From positions 32,001 through 96,000 of the IMG/VR virus record IMGVR_UViG_3300031998_000003: a stretch of DNA of 64,000 bases; one strand, written 5' to 3'. Positions within the stretch are counted from its first letter, which is position 1. Each line of letters starts with the position of its first letter. The notes beneath the pieces were generated by a model that saw nothing but the letters and a program-made list of their open reading frames with translations, ran no database searches and was not told where the DNA came from. The stretch is from a virus (Duplodnaviria > Caudoviricetes). Below are positions 18,628 to 27,892 of the stretch, piece after piece. The position numbers and the translations under genes are program-made.

Positions 18628-21600
18628 TTATTTTTCCCAGATATCGCGGACCTGTTTCTTCAGTTCCAGAAGAACCTTATTAGCAGCACCTGTAATAAGT
18701 ACTGATGGTATCATTCGTTTTAAAATACTACTCGGGGCTACAAACATTGAGATCTCTTCATCGGGTGTGGATTCTGCATACGGCTCCAATCCTTCAGGAA
18801 TGACCTCGGATATAACCTGCTTAGATGCAGCGTACACAACACACTTATCACCGACAGACACTTCATCATCATGTTCGATGTACACTTCAATCATGACGTC
18901 ACAATTGATACCCTTGATCGACGAACCCTTCAGAGGTTGAGTTGGCAGTGTATACAGTGTGTCAAGCTTATATACAGAATTGCTCTTGTCATGCTTATCA
19001 AGAATTTTTCTTTTCCTGATATTTTCTTTGAAATGATTATCTAGTAGATCGAACAATGATGGCGAAAGTTTATCCATCGACTTGATTGTGTACATTCTGA
19101 CATCAACAACACGTCCCGCATGTTTTGAACGAACGACACGTTTTGCGGTATCAGCAAGATTCGTTCCTGCTTTCTGGAACGCTTGTAGGAATGCATCGAC
19201 TGCTTTGTCACCAGTGTCACCAAGACCAAAGATGATCAACGGATCACCGATTTCAACCTCGTCACCGACTTTGACAACGAACTCCACATCATCTGTTGCT
19301 TCCAACTTGGATGCTTGTTTCATTGTAATGCTGGTAGCAAGCTTCTTGGACATTTTCTCTGTAATTAATCCAGCATCTTCGTATGTCGAATACAAACCAC
19401 AGAATGCGACTTTTGCAAGTGGTCCAATATTCATACGAACCATACCAGAAGAATCCTTCGTGAAGAACTTCTCATGATATGCCAGAATGTCATTTTGCTT
19501 GAAGGAATCATTCACTTCGAAGTTTGTTTTCAGTTTGTTGTCAACATAGAAACCGGAACCAGTATTGAATGAATATCTGTCCATAACAGGAATAGCCTGT
19601 TTGGTACCAGACTTATACTGGACGATCATGTATCCGTCACTGATCTCGAGAACTTTACCATCCTCTTTTGCCATAACAGCAAATTCATCAGACAGATAGG
19701 ATGCCGCAATTTCATCAACACCATTCGAGATCAGAACAGGTTCTGCTTCAGCAGTCGATACGATATGAGATGTTTGTGATGTTGCAATCGCATTACGAAT
19801 AGCATCATCACGAGATACCGTACCCGGTGTCAACAGCTCGGAGAAAGATGCAAGTTGTAAATCATTGTAGTCCGCATCAGGTCCCTGTGTAGATGTGTAA
19901 CCGCGAACAGATTCGATCTTTGGATCAACGGTTAACTGACGATTGATGCCAACACCTGCGGAGTTCGGTGAAGACATTGCCATCTTACCGATCATAGAGT
20001 CTTCATAGGAACGCTTCGTACGAGTGAATGCGCGTTCATTGTTAACGCCACGATATCCTTTCAAAGAAATGGTTTCCTGCTGGTGTAACTCGACCATTGG
20101 ATTCAGTGCGTTGGTCGTTGCAACGGTTTCAATATTACGAAGCTCATTGATCAGATCATTCGGGTTGACAACAAGCTTATTGTCTTTTTTCTTACTACCG
20201 ACACGGTTGTTGTATTTTGAAATTTCTCGTGCCAGAATATAATGAATGATAGCAGGAACGATTTCAGATGAACGAATACGATACAACGCTGAGTTTGTTT
20301 CTCTGGTAAAATTGTTATCAGCTAACATGTTCGCAGCATACAAAAGTAACCCAGCAACCTCATTTGGAACATGATAGTGATTGCATACATCCGCAGTGAT
20401 TGCATCCATGAAGAAATAATACATCGTGATGAATGTTGTCAACTGTGAGTATTGACGGAAGAACATGCTGTTGCAGATATCAACAAACACGGAGTTCGAA
20501 TCCATGATTGGTGTATCAAACTCATCAAAGTTGTAATCCTTCGTATTGATACGATAGAATCCGTTGAAGATCAACTGATTGACGAGTGTGTTTTTAACTG
20601 CGAGCGATTTATCTTTGAACTTGAATACCAGATATCCATTCGTATCTTCACGACCGTTGATGAACTTATATTGTGCATTCGACTTCTTTAACAGTGATGA
20701 GATTCCTTCCCATGCAGCAATCGCAACACCTAACGGAATCAATACACCGATCTTGATTTCAGCATACATTGAGATCTTCGTCGGTTTGATTTTGTCGAAT
20801 ACCTTTCTAATTTCCTCCGGAAGAACTGTCAAAAGAATCTGTGTAATCGAGCGTTCATTTCTGTCAAGACCTGTTTCTGTATTCAGAACAATTGGAACCT
20901 GATTAATCATACCGATACAGAATTCATTTTCATCGACTGTGACAAAGCCGAATTCGCGCAAGCATTGTTCACGGTTGAAGATGATCTTACAGTCAGCTTC
21001 CGGATTTTCGAAAGAATACCAACGTTTTGCATATTCATCATATTCAATCGTCGATACAAATCGAGAGTTTGTCACAGAAGAAGAACCGGTCTTGACATAT
21101 GGGTTTGTTCCATCCGGTTTTGATACGGAATTCACAGCCTTCATCATCTGTGTCAAATCAACCAACGATTTCGTATCATAACGCATGACAGAAATCTTGT
21201 TGTAGTTGGAAGTCAACATTACAAGTTTCTGGTTAATCTTCATGACCGGGATTGGGAAGTCCTGCTTGGTAATGGTATACCATGTTCCATTATGATAGAA
21301 CTTACCATTTTTCATGATCGGGACATACATATTGATGTGAGACTGTGAACCAGTACGCTTGTTCTTCAGATTGATTCGCCAGTTATTCATCAGAGATACC
21401 GGTGATGACATGTCAGTTACTTCAACACCAGTTACGGTGAATCCTTCTGGTAACTTGCCGAGATTCATAAATGTTGCAACGATATCTTGATCCATAACAT
21501 TATCTTCATAGATCTTAGAGATATTCGGGAACGATGAACCCCGCATTGCACCAGTGTTCGTCGTTGTAATACGTAATGGATGAGTTGGTGGTGGAATTGG

Positions 21601-22800
21601 AATATCAGTGACGCTACTGAGCGCGGTCATATCCAGTTTATCCAATTGGATTTTACCAACACCCTGACGCAATTTCAACTCACGTGCATTGGAAGTTGCA
21701 TTCATTGCTGTTGTAGAATTCGCAGCAGCTCTACTACCACTCAATTCCTTAGAAGCTCTGTCAACGATAGCGTTTTCAACAGGATGATCACCACCGGTTG
21801 TCAACTGTGCAGAAATGTGTTTGTAATCATCCAATTTCGATGTATCCGGTGACAAACGGTGTAACAACTGTGCATTGATCTCAAATGTCTTTGCATCATT
21901 CATTGAATCGCGTGTCGTGTTATCCGTTTTGATATCAAATCTCGCTTTCAGCGCCGCAATCGATTGGTTCAAAGACTTTGAATTCTTCGGTTCATCATCG
22001 CCGTCACCTTCAGATTTCAGATCAGCAAGCATTGCATCGATATCCTCGTCGGATGTCAAAGGCGTTCTATTTTGAGACTTGAAAGGAACACCGATCTTTT
22101 CACACATCTGACGAACACCTTCCGAATCAGAAATATCTGACCGAAGATCCATCTTATAATCCATATTTCCTGAACGGAAAATGAAGGTCGTGTCATGCGA
22201 GATTCTGGACTTTGTTCCATTGATTGCAGCCATCAGAACACCATTGATCAAATCCGAACCAACCGCATCGACGTTCTCACCGTCATAGATTTTGAATCGG
22301 TTTGAATCGATAACCCAAATCTTTTTCTTTGTATTTGGGAATAGCTGCATGAACTGAGACATCATGTTCAGAACATTCTGTTCCACATAATCATTAGACA
22401 TACCGCGGACGACTTGATTCAGTTGACGGAATACATCCGATACAGGAACATATGTATTCGTCTGATCCGTCTTGGAAAAGTTTGGTTTTGATACAACCAG
22501 CTGTGGAATCATCTTCTGTTTCTGCAAATACTTCACACGTTCATTGTACTTAGAACTATCGATACCATATTTGAAATCAGCAGTTCCAATTCTTCCCATT
22601 AAAGAATACGGGATGATAATGTTCCGATAGTTGGTTCTTGGTGGCGGCATATGCTTGATCAGTTCCAGATCATATTCATACGAGCCTGACAGAAGAAAGA
22701 CGGTAACACCATCCTTTTGATCAGGCATGCTGTATATCGGAACTTGCGTCAGGTTCTTTCCAGAAGAAAGGTCTGTTGTTTCCTGATAGAACCGTGCCAT
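18628..22800 (-). CDS. Phage multisubunit RNA polymerase beta-like subunit (probably virion RNAP)
   Basis: RpoB-like motifs in the correct order: VPIMKNGKFYHNG, SPNSAGVGINRQL, RDDAIRNAIATSQ, TYEDAGLI, VGDK...KQVISEV, APSSILKRM. Confidence 0.9.
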   Translation of the reverse strand: MARFYQETTDLSSGKNLTQVPIYSMPDQKDGVTVFLLSGSYEYDLELIKHMPPPRTNYRNIIIPYSLMGRIGTADFKYGIDSSKYNERVKYLQKQKMIPQLVVSKPNFSKTDQTNTYVPVSDVFRQLNQVVRGMSNDYVEQNVLNMMSQFMQLFPNTKKKIWVIDSNRFKIYDGENVDAVGSDLINGVLMAAINGTKSRISHDTTFIFRSGNMDYKMDLRSDISDSEGVRQMCEKIGVPFKSQNRTPLTSDEDIDAMLADLKSEGDGDDEPKNSKSLNQSIAALKARFDIKTDNTTRDSMNDAKTFEINAQLLHRLSPDTSKLDDYKHISAQLTTGGDHPVENAIVDRASKELSGSRAAANSTTAMNATSNARELKLRQGVGKIQLDKLDMTALSSVTDIPIPPPTHPLRITTTNTGAMRGSSFPNISKIYEDNVMDQDIVATFMNLGKLPEGFTVTGVEVTDMSSPVSLMNNWRINLKNKRTGSQSHINMYVPIMKNGKFYHNGTWYTITKQDFPIPVMKINQKLVMLTSNYNKISVMRYDTKSLVDLTQMMKAVNSVSKPDGTNPYVKTGSSSVTNSRFVSTIEYDEYAKRWYSFENPEADCKIIFNREQCLREFGFVTVDENEFCIGMINQVPIVLNTETGLDRNERSITQILLTVLPEEIRKVFDKIKPTKISMYAEIKIGVLIPLGVAIAAWEGISSLLKKSNAQYKFINGREDTNGYLVFKFKDKSLAVKNTLVNQLIFNGFYRINTKDYNFDEFDTPIMDSNSVFVDICNSMFFRQYSQLTTFITMYYFFMDAITADVCNHYHVPNEVAGLLLYAANMLADNNFTRETNSALYRIRSSEIVPAIIHYILAREISKYNNRVGSKKKDNKLVVNPNDLINELRNIETVATTNALNPMVELHQQETISLKGYRGVNNERAFTRTKRSYEDSMIGKMAMSSPNSAGVGINRQLTVDPKIESVRGYTSTQGPDADYNDLQLASFSELLTPGTVSRDDAIRNAIATSQTSHIVSTAEAEPVLISNGVDEIAASYLSDEFAVMAKEDGKVLEISDGYMIVQYKSGTKQAIPVMDRYSFNTGSGFYVDNKLKTNFEVNDSFKQNDILAYHEKFFTKDSSGMVRMNIGPLAKVAFCGLYSTYEDAGLITEKMSKKLATSITMKQASKLEATDDVEFVVKVGDEVEIGDPLIIFGLGDTGDKAVDAFLQAFQKAGTNLADTAKRVVRSKHAGRVVDVRMYTIKSMDKLSPSLFDLLDNHFKENIRKRKILDKHDKSNSVYKLDTLYTLPTQPLKGSSIKGINCDVMIEVYIEHDDEVSVGDKCVVYAASKQVISEVIPEGLEPYAESTPDEEISMFVAPSSILKRMIPSVLITGAANKVLLELKKQVRDIWEK

Positions 22801-22844
22801 TTATATTCACTCCTTATCAACGAAATTAAAAGGGAGGTGACGAG

Positions 22845-23012
22845 ATGTCTGAACATCCGTACTATCACACATGTCCCAAATGTGGGGCAAATCTAGACCC
22901 CGGTGAAAGTTGTGATTGTCAGAAAGATTCTGATATTTCATCAACAGTTACCGAAAAGTCCAAGCCTACTAATATAAAGGAGAAACCAAATGAGAAAACT
23001 AGGAATTCATGA
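22845..23012 (+). CDS. Small zinc-finger protein, 55 aa (not in ORF track)
   Basis: RBS GGGAGGTGA; MSEHPYYHTCPKCGANLDPGESCDC... Confidence 0.75.
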   Translation: MSEHPYYHTCPKCGANLDPGESCDCQKDSDISSTVTEKSKPTNIKEKPNEKTRNS

Positions 23013-23250
23013 TGTACTCGGGTTCATATGTCTCGAGGATATCACAAACATGCGTGAAGAAATGAATGTTGTCATTTACAACTTTGAATTGAATCCTGCT
23101 GAACGTGTCAGTGAGTTCAAACGTATTATGGAAGAACGATATTCTCATAAATTTACAAAGGAAGAACTTGACGCAACACTCGAATATACACCTGGCACGG
23201 CACCGGAATTGATCAAATTAATCAGAACATATATTTTTGGTCATGACTGA
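22990..23250 (+). CDS. Hypothetical protein
   Basis: 86-aa ORF with RBS AAGGAG. Confidence 0.7.
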   Translation: MRKLGIHDVLGFICLEDITNMREEMNVVIYNFELNPAERVSEFKRIMEERYSHKFTKEELDATLEYTPGTAPELIKLIRTYIFGHD

Positions 23251-23261
23251 CAAAATAGTAA

Positions 23262-23401
23262 TTCCAGCGGCCGTTGCTTTCCATCAGTTACCCATTCTGA
23301 TGGGCCTCCTTTCTTTATGAAGTCTAGTCAACAACACCGGAACGATAGCCGATGTTGAGCGTGTCACGGGCAAAAGCACGCTGCCGATTCGACCGCTGGA
23401 A
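23262..23401. ncRNA. Unknown multibranch structured RNA
   Basis: Closing stem 23262-23273/23390-23401 (11 of 12 pairs) encloses three hairpins. Confidence 0.5.
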
Positions 23402-23420
23402 GATCTAAAAAAAAAATATT

Positions 23421-23441
23421 GAGGGGGCCTTGAGCCCCCTC
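23421..23441 (-). terminator. Intrinsic terminator
   Basis: gagggggc-cttga-gccccctc with an A tract on the plus side. Confidence 0.7.
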
Positions 23442-23447
23442 GTAGAT

Positions 23448-24032
23448 TTATTTTTCGTAAAACTCCGCGAGCAGGATGTCACCCGTCATGTTTACAAGGC
23501 GCTGAATTGTCGTAACAGAAATCACCATCTTAACACGTTCTTCATTGGATGATTTCTTCCACTTCGACACAAGCTGAGAAACGTTATTCACGATTGTCGG
23601 TTTCAATGTCTCAGTCATACGTTTGCGGATTTCAGTCGGCGTGATGTCATAACTCTGAACAACCCAATCGAACATCGGTAAGAATGACACATCACCTTCG
23701 AATTCCCATTCATGTTTCGGCATCATGTCCGAATCATATAACGTAACACAACATACCAATGTTGGTTGATGCACACGTAACGATTCAAGAATATCCGATA
23801 GCTTTGTTTGAGAAATCGTATTGGTCTCTGAGTTCAGCAACTTAACCAATCGCTCATTCATAGACCCGGGTTTAATAACGCCATCAGCAACAGCTTTGCA
23901 TAATGCCGTCATCAAAATATCATTATTCACCTTATGTGAAAAATCGATGTCAGGTTTCACAGTTGTTATGTCATGAAGATTGTCCAGGTTTTCCTTCGTA
24001 ATCATAGACATGGCTTCTTCAAGTGTCAACAT
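23448..24032 (-). CDS. Hypothetical protein
   Basis: 194 aa; RBS GAAAGGAGG and early-type promoter. Confidence 0.75.
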   Translation of the reverse strand: MLTLEEAMSMITKENLDNLHDITTVKPDIDFSHKVNNDILMTALCKAVADGVIKPGSMNERLVKLLNSETNTISQTKLSDILESLRVHQPTLVCCVTLYDSDMMPKHEWEFEGDVSFLPMFDWVVQSYDITPTEIRKRMTETLKPTIVNNVSQLVSKWKKSSNEERVKMVISVTTIQRLVNMTGDILLAEFYEK

Positions 24033-24048
24033 GTGTTACCACCTCCTT

Positions 24049-24065
24049 TCACGAAAATAATATAT
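24049..24065 (-). promoter_or_regulatory. Putative early promoter
   Basis: ATATATTATT-TTC-GTGA. Confidence 0.55.
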
Positions 24066-24081
24066 GTATAAAATAGCAAGA

Positions 24082-24109
24082 ATATGGTGGGGCCGAAGCC
24101 CCACCATAT
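24082..24109 (-). terminator. Terminator hairpin
   Basis: atatggtggggc-cgaa-gccccaccatat. Confidence 0.7.
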
Positions 24110-24116
24110 ATCTCAT

Positions 24117-24962
24117 TTATTTGAAGTAATCGAAGAATCCTTCCTGGATTGGACGCGGTTGCTGCCACTTATCGATACGAGTCGCAGTGGGATCCATCTT
24201 GAACAGATAATCCATTTCGGTCAGACAGAACTCGACGATTGCAAGCTCCATGCTCTGCTCCTGTGTGATCGGAATCTTTTGTACGGCAGCTTCTGTCATG
24301 ATCGTCTGATGAATGTTCATTATGACGGATTCAGACTGGACATCCTCACCTGCAACATCACCGCCCTCAGCATTTGCATCCTGAGTTTCAGTGCTCTTTG
24401 CAGTGAGTTTCTCATCCAGATCATCGAATACCGGAGCATCGTTTGACTGGGTGATCTCCTTAGCGACATCATCAACAACCTTACGAGAAACGATGTCACG
24501 AAGCTTCTTACGAAGTGTTTCGTAATTATCGATTTCCGGGAGTTCTTTCTTCATGTTTGCAATGTCGTTTGTGAATGCATCATCCTGAACTTCAGAGACC
24601 TTGGTCGTAACCTTTTCAGTCTTGTCATCGATCTCCTGGATGATGTTATTCAGCAATGGAGACTTCAGTTTGTCACAGGACTTACAGAGATAATCATAGC
24701 ATCCACAGCCGTATTCGTCACGAATGTGCTGCATAATGGAATGATCGATCATTCCATCAAGATCCTTTGTTTCATCATGCATCATAGCCGAGATCAAGTC
24801 TCTCAGAACATACATAGAAAGCTTCTCACGAAACTTTCCAGCATCGAATGTCTGCGGCTGTTTGACACCCATGTTCTGATGCATGGTAGAATTGACGGTA
24901 TTCGGGAATTTGTTATTCGCACCGTCAATGATATTATCGAGCATGCTCTTAATATCGGGCAT
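24117..24962 (-). CDS. Putative internal head protein
   Basis: 281 aa, acidic; ends PIQEGFFDYFK, the same motif as in the neighbouring gene. Confidence 0.6.
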   Translation of the reverse strand: MPDIKSMLDNIIDGANNKFPNTVNSTMHQNMGVKQPQTFDAGKFREKLSMYVLRDLISAMMHDETKDLDGMIDHSIMQHIRDEYGCGCYDYLCKSCDKLKSPLLNNIIQEIDDKTEKVTTKVSEVQDDAFTNDIANMKKELPEIDNYETLRKKLRDIVSRKVVDDVAKEITQSNDAPVFDDLDEKLTAKSTETQDANAEGGDVAGEDVQSESVIMNIHQTIMTEAAVQKIPITQEQSMELAIVEFCLTEMDYLFKMDPTATRIDKWQQPRPIQEGFFDYFK

Positions 24963-24977
24963 TATGATTCACTCCTT

Positions 24978-27638
24978 TCAATTTGATTTGAATTTCGACA
25001 CTAGGTCTTTTGCAAAGTCTGCAATTGTTTGAGCAGCTCTCATAATTGCAATACCCTTTTTCTTATGAATCAGATCCGGAGCACCATTCACAACTGGAGT
25101 TGCTTCAACATTTGTGCCTTGTGCAGAAACCTTAATGGCAAGCTCAGGTTTTTCTTTTGATTTCATCGTGAATGTTGGAATCATTGATCCACCAATGAAA
25201 TCAAATGCATCAGACAACATATTTCTCAACTGGTTTTGAACATTGAGAAGTGCTGCCGATGTTGCCGCCTCTTGTACAAGTGCTGACTCTTGAACGGAAT
25301 CATCGCTGGATAGCTTCTTTTTGAAGTCATCAAAAGTTTTTGCAATAAAGATGAGACGTTTGCCCTCAGGATTATCATGAATATTTATGAACATGCGCTC
25401 ATCGGACTTGGATGAATTACCCATGAGGATTTCATTACCAAAGCCATCATTTGCGAGTGCAATGAACTTACCACCATTGCCATCATAATCAAACGGATTT
25501 TCGATACTTCTCTCAATCTGTTTGGGTCCATAGAATTCGAAAGAACCGTGACGACTGTTTTTGTCATGTTTGACAGTAAAAGTCCCGGACTCTTCGTTGA
25601 CGAATTTCTTATAACTATCAGGGAGTTTCCGTCCGAGTTTATTTTCAACTGTGGTGAAGTCCAGACTCCTCGGTGCCGCAGCTTCTTGAACAGGTTTACC
25701 AGGATGATTCTTTTCAACCAGTTTCGCAACACCGGTTGCTTGTTGGACAAATGCTCGGATGAGACGCTTCGTTGCGTCAACACCGCTCTTATCCTGATCT
25801 GTACGCATGACCGCCATCAGATCAGATAGAAGCGCATTCAATTTCAGGAGCTGTTTGGTCTCTTCCTCATTGAAGACATCTTTCATTTTGGAAGCCTTGT
25901 GAACAACACGGTTCAGCTGTTTACCTTCCTTGCGGAATTCAGCACACAGCATTTCGATTTCCATGTCGCTGTCATTTAGGATTCCGAGCGTTTTTCTGAG
26001 GTGAATATCAAGCTCCTTACCGATATTACCTCGCGTCAGAAAAAAAGCTTCCTGAACTCCTTCGTCACCAGCTGGAAGTTCCGGAGCATTACCGTCAGGA
26101 GAATTCATGAAATCCTTTAGCTGCTGAACAGTCATCTTCTTCAGCTTTTCCTGACCTTGGGCAAGAAGCTCTTCGATTGTCATATTGTCGACATCAACAT
26201 CGGATGTTGCAGCTGCTTCATCACCGGCTGTATCCTCGCTGTTTGCATCAGCATCACCGATATCAGCATTGACATCATCTTCAGTTGGCATGTCGGTAGA
26301 ATCGATTGCGGAATCAGCGTCATTAGAACCATCATCGATACCATCGACATTCAGGCCCTCGTCTTCAGCCGCAGCATTCTTGGTTTCGTCAGAAACCTTT
26401 TCAGCAATCTCATCGGAAACGTTGTTTGGATCAGCAATTTCTTTCGGAGCAGCGTCACCTTCAGCAGGTGGTGCAGCATTCTCAGCTTCAGGAGCAGCTG
26501 CATTCGCATCAGGTTGTGTATTTTCATCACCGAATGAAACACTGCCGCCAGCAGATTCTGGAGTAGGCGCGGCATTCGGATCACCGAAGTCAATGGCTTC
26601 CTGAATATAATCGAATCTGTTACGTGAGAAACGATTTCTGACAACCGGCTCAGCTTGTGCAGCTTCCATCGCCATCTGTTCTTTGATGATCTGACGAGCT
26701 TTCTTTGGGGTGATTGCCTTTAGGCTTTCGATCTTACCAGGATTGATCTGCTTAAACTGATTATCGGAAGCATTGGTGAGTTTTCCATCACCCTTCTTTC
26801 CCTTCTTGATAACCATCTCCCAGCTCAAGAACTTCTTATCATCAACACCGTCAATCTCGAATTCGATCGCGATACAATAGCGATCAATCGGATCAACAGG
26901 AACGATGAGGGCTGTTGGAGTGACCTTGTCCCAGATCTCCTCAACGGACTTGCAGCCGCACATACCACCCCACGCATCAAATGCAACTTCCTGGCATGCG
27001 ATTGTACGAGACTGATCGGACATGAAGATCTGGATTGCTTCAAGCTGCTTATGAGTGATACGGTTCTTCCTATCGACCTGATATGCAACTGAGAGTTTCA
27101 CATAATGGTGATCATTGCCCTTGTAGCTTCCGAAATCCATTGTAACAGAAGACGGTACACGTTTATCATCGATCGGAATCTTGTCGAAGCCGAAGAGTCC
27201 TTCCTGAATCAGATAATCACGATACTTCTGATACTCGGCTTCAGCATATGTCTTACACCGTGACTCAAAGACGCCTTGAGTTTCACGCCCGAACGGCACA
27301 AGCGTATCACATGCTTCCTGATAGAAGTCGTCAAACGTCTTCATCAGGCCGAGATCTACGGATTCCTGAACAGTCGCATCCATTGGAACATCAACAACAC
27401 GACCGTCCAACAGGTTCAACTCGACGGATGTGATTTCCGGATTGTCTTCAAGCGGAATATCAACATTCGCGAATTGACGTGGACCGTTTGTTGCAGTTCC
27501 TTCAAGCGACAAGTCGTCAAACTCTTGGAAGAGATGTGCGCAATCCAGAATAGCTTGGTCCATCAGCTGCTCCTGAACTGCTTCTTGCTGTGGTGCAGGG
27601 TTCATTTCTTGCAGCTGTTGCTTAATGTAATCAAGCAT
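24978..27638 (-). CDS. Putative internal head polyprotein with SMI1/KNR4 (SUKH) domain
   Basis: Repeated [VI]QE-[AGS] motifs and a long acidic linker; VENKLGRKLPDSYKKFV...FIALANDGFGN is an SMI1/KNR4 signature. Confidence 0.7.
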   Translation of the reverse strand: MLDYIKQQLQEMNPAPQQEAVQEQLMDQAILDCAHLFQEFDDLSLEGTATNGPRQFANVDIPLEDNPEITSVELNLLDGRVVDVPMDATVQESVDLGLMKTFDDFYQEACDTLVPFGRETQGVFESRCKTYAEAEYQKYRDYLIQEGLFGFDKIPIDDKRVPSSVTMDFGSYKGNDHHYVKLSVAYQVDRKNRITHKQLEAIQIFMSDQSRTIACQEVAFDAWGGMCGCKSVEEIWDKVTPTALIVPVDPIDRYCIAIEFEIDGVDDKKFLSWEMVIKKGKKGDGKLTNASDNQFKQINPGKIESLKAITPKKARQIIKEQMAMEAAQAEPVVRNRFSRNRFDYIQEAIDFGDPNAAPTPESAGGSVSFGDENTQPDANAAAPEAENAAPPAEGDAAPKEIADPNNVSDEIAEKVSDETKNAAAEDEGLNVDGIDDGSNDADSAIDSTDMPTEDDVNADIGDADANSEDTAGDEAAATSDVDVDNMTIEELLAQGQEKLKKMTVQQLKDFMNSPDGNAPELPAGDEGVQEAFFLTRGNIGKELDIHLRKTLGILNDSDMEIEMLCAEFRKEGKQLNRVVHKASKMKDVFNEEETKQLLKLNALLSDLMAVMRTDQDKSGVDATKRLIRAFVQQATGVAKLVEKNHPGKPVQEAAAPRSLDFTTVENKLGRKLPDSYKKFVNEESGTFTVKHDKNSRHGSFEFYGPKQIERSIENPFDYDGNGGKFIALANDGFGNEILMGNSSKSDERMFINIHDNPEGKRLIFIAKTFDDFKKKLSSDDSVQESALVQEAATSAALLNVQNQLRNMLSDAFDFIGGSMIPTFTMKSKEKPELAIKVSAQGTNVEATPVVNGAPDLIHKKKGIAIMRAAQTIADFAKDLVSKFKSN

Positions 27639-27715
27639 TTACTATCGCTCCTTTTCATTAAAATTTTTATGAATGAAAACATACATTGTTTTCAAGAACG
27701 GCGAGGATATACGAT

Positions 27716-27862
27716 TTATAAGATGACACCGAATACTTCCAGAAAGATCTCTGAAACCATGTCTGGAGTTAACTCTGTAATACCGATGTCTTCCAATTCC
27801 ATTCCCTCTTCCAAGGTTACACCATTGATCGAGGGTTTGTTTTCGAGATCTTCGTAATTCAC
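27716..27862 (-). CDS. Small phage protein
   Basis: GTG after GAGGTG; NYEDLENKPSINGVTL motif, which I recognise from Firmicute phage tail-associated proteins. Confidence 0.55.
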   Translation of the reverse strand: MNYEDLENKPSINGVTLEEGMELEDIGITELTPDMVSEIFLEVFGVIL

Positions 27863-27892
27863 ACTTATCACCTCTTGAAAGGAGCAAATTTC

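Noticed and set aside
18140-18940. 266-aa plus-strand ORF
   Set aside because: Alternative frame overlapping the zinc-ribbon gene, a terminator and the RNAP gene; Ser/Arg-rich shadow composition.
26157-26644. Overlapping ORFs within the acidic linker of the 886-aa gene
   Set aside because: Shadow frames of low-complexity Ala/Asp/Glu coding sequence.
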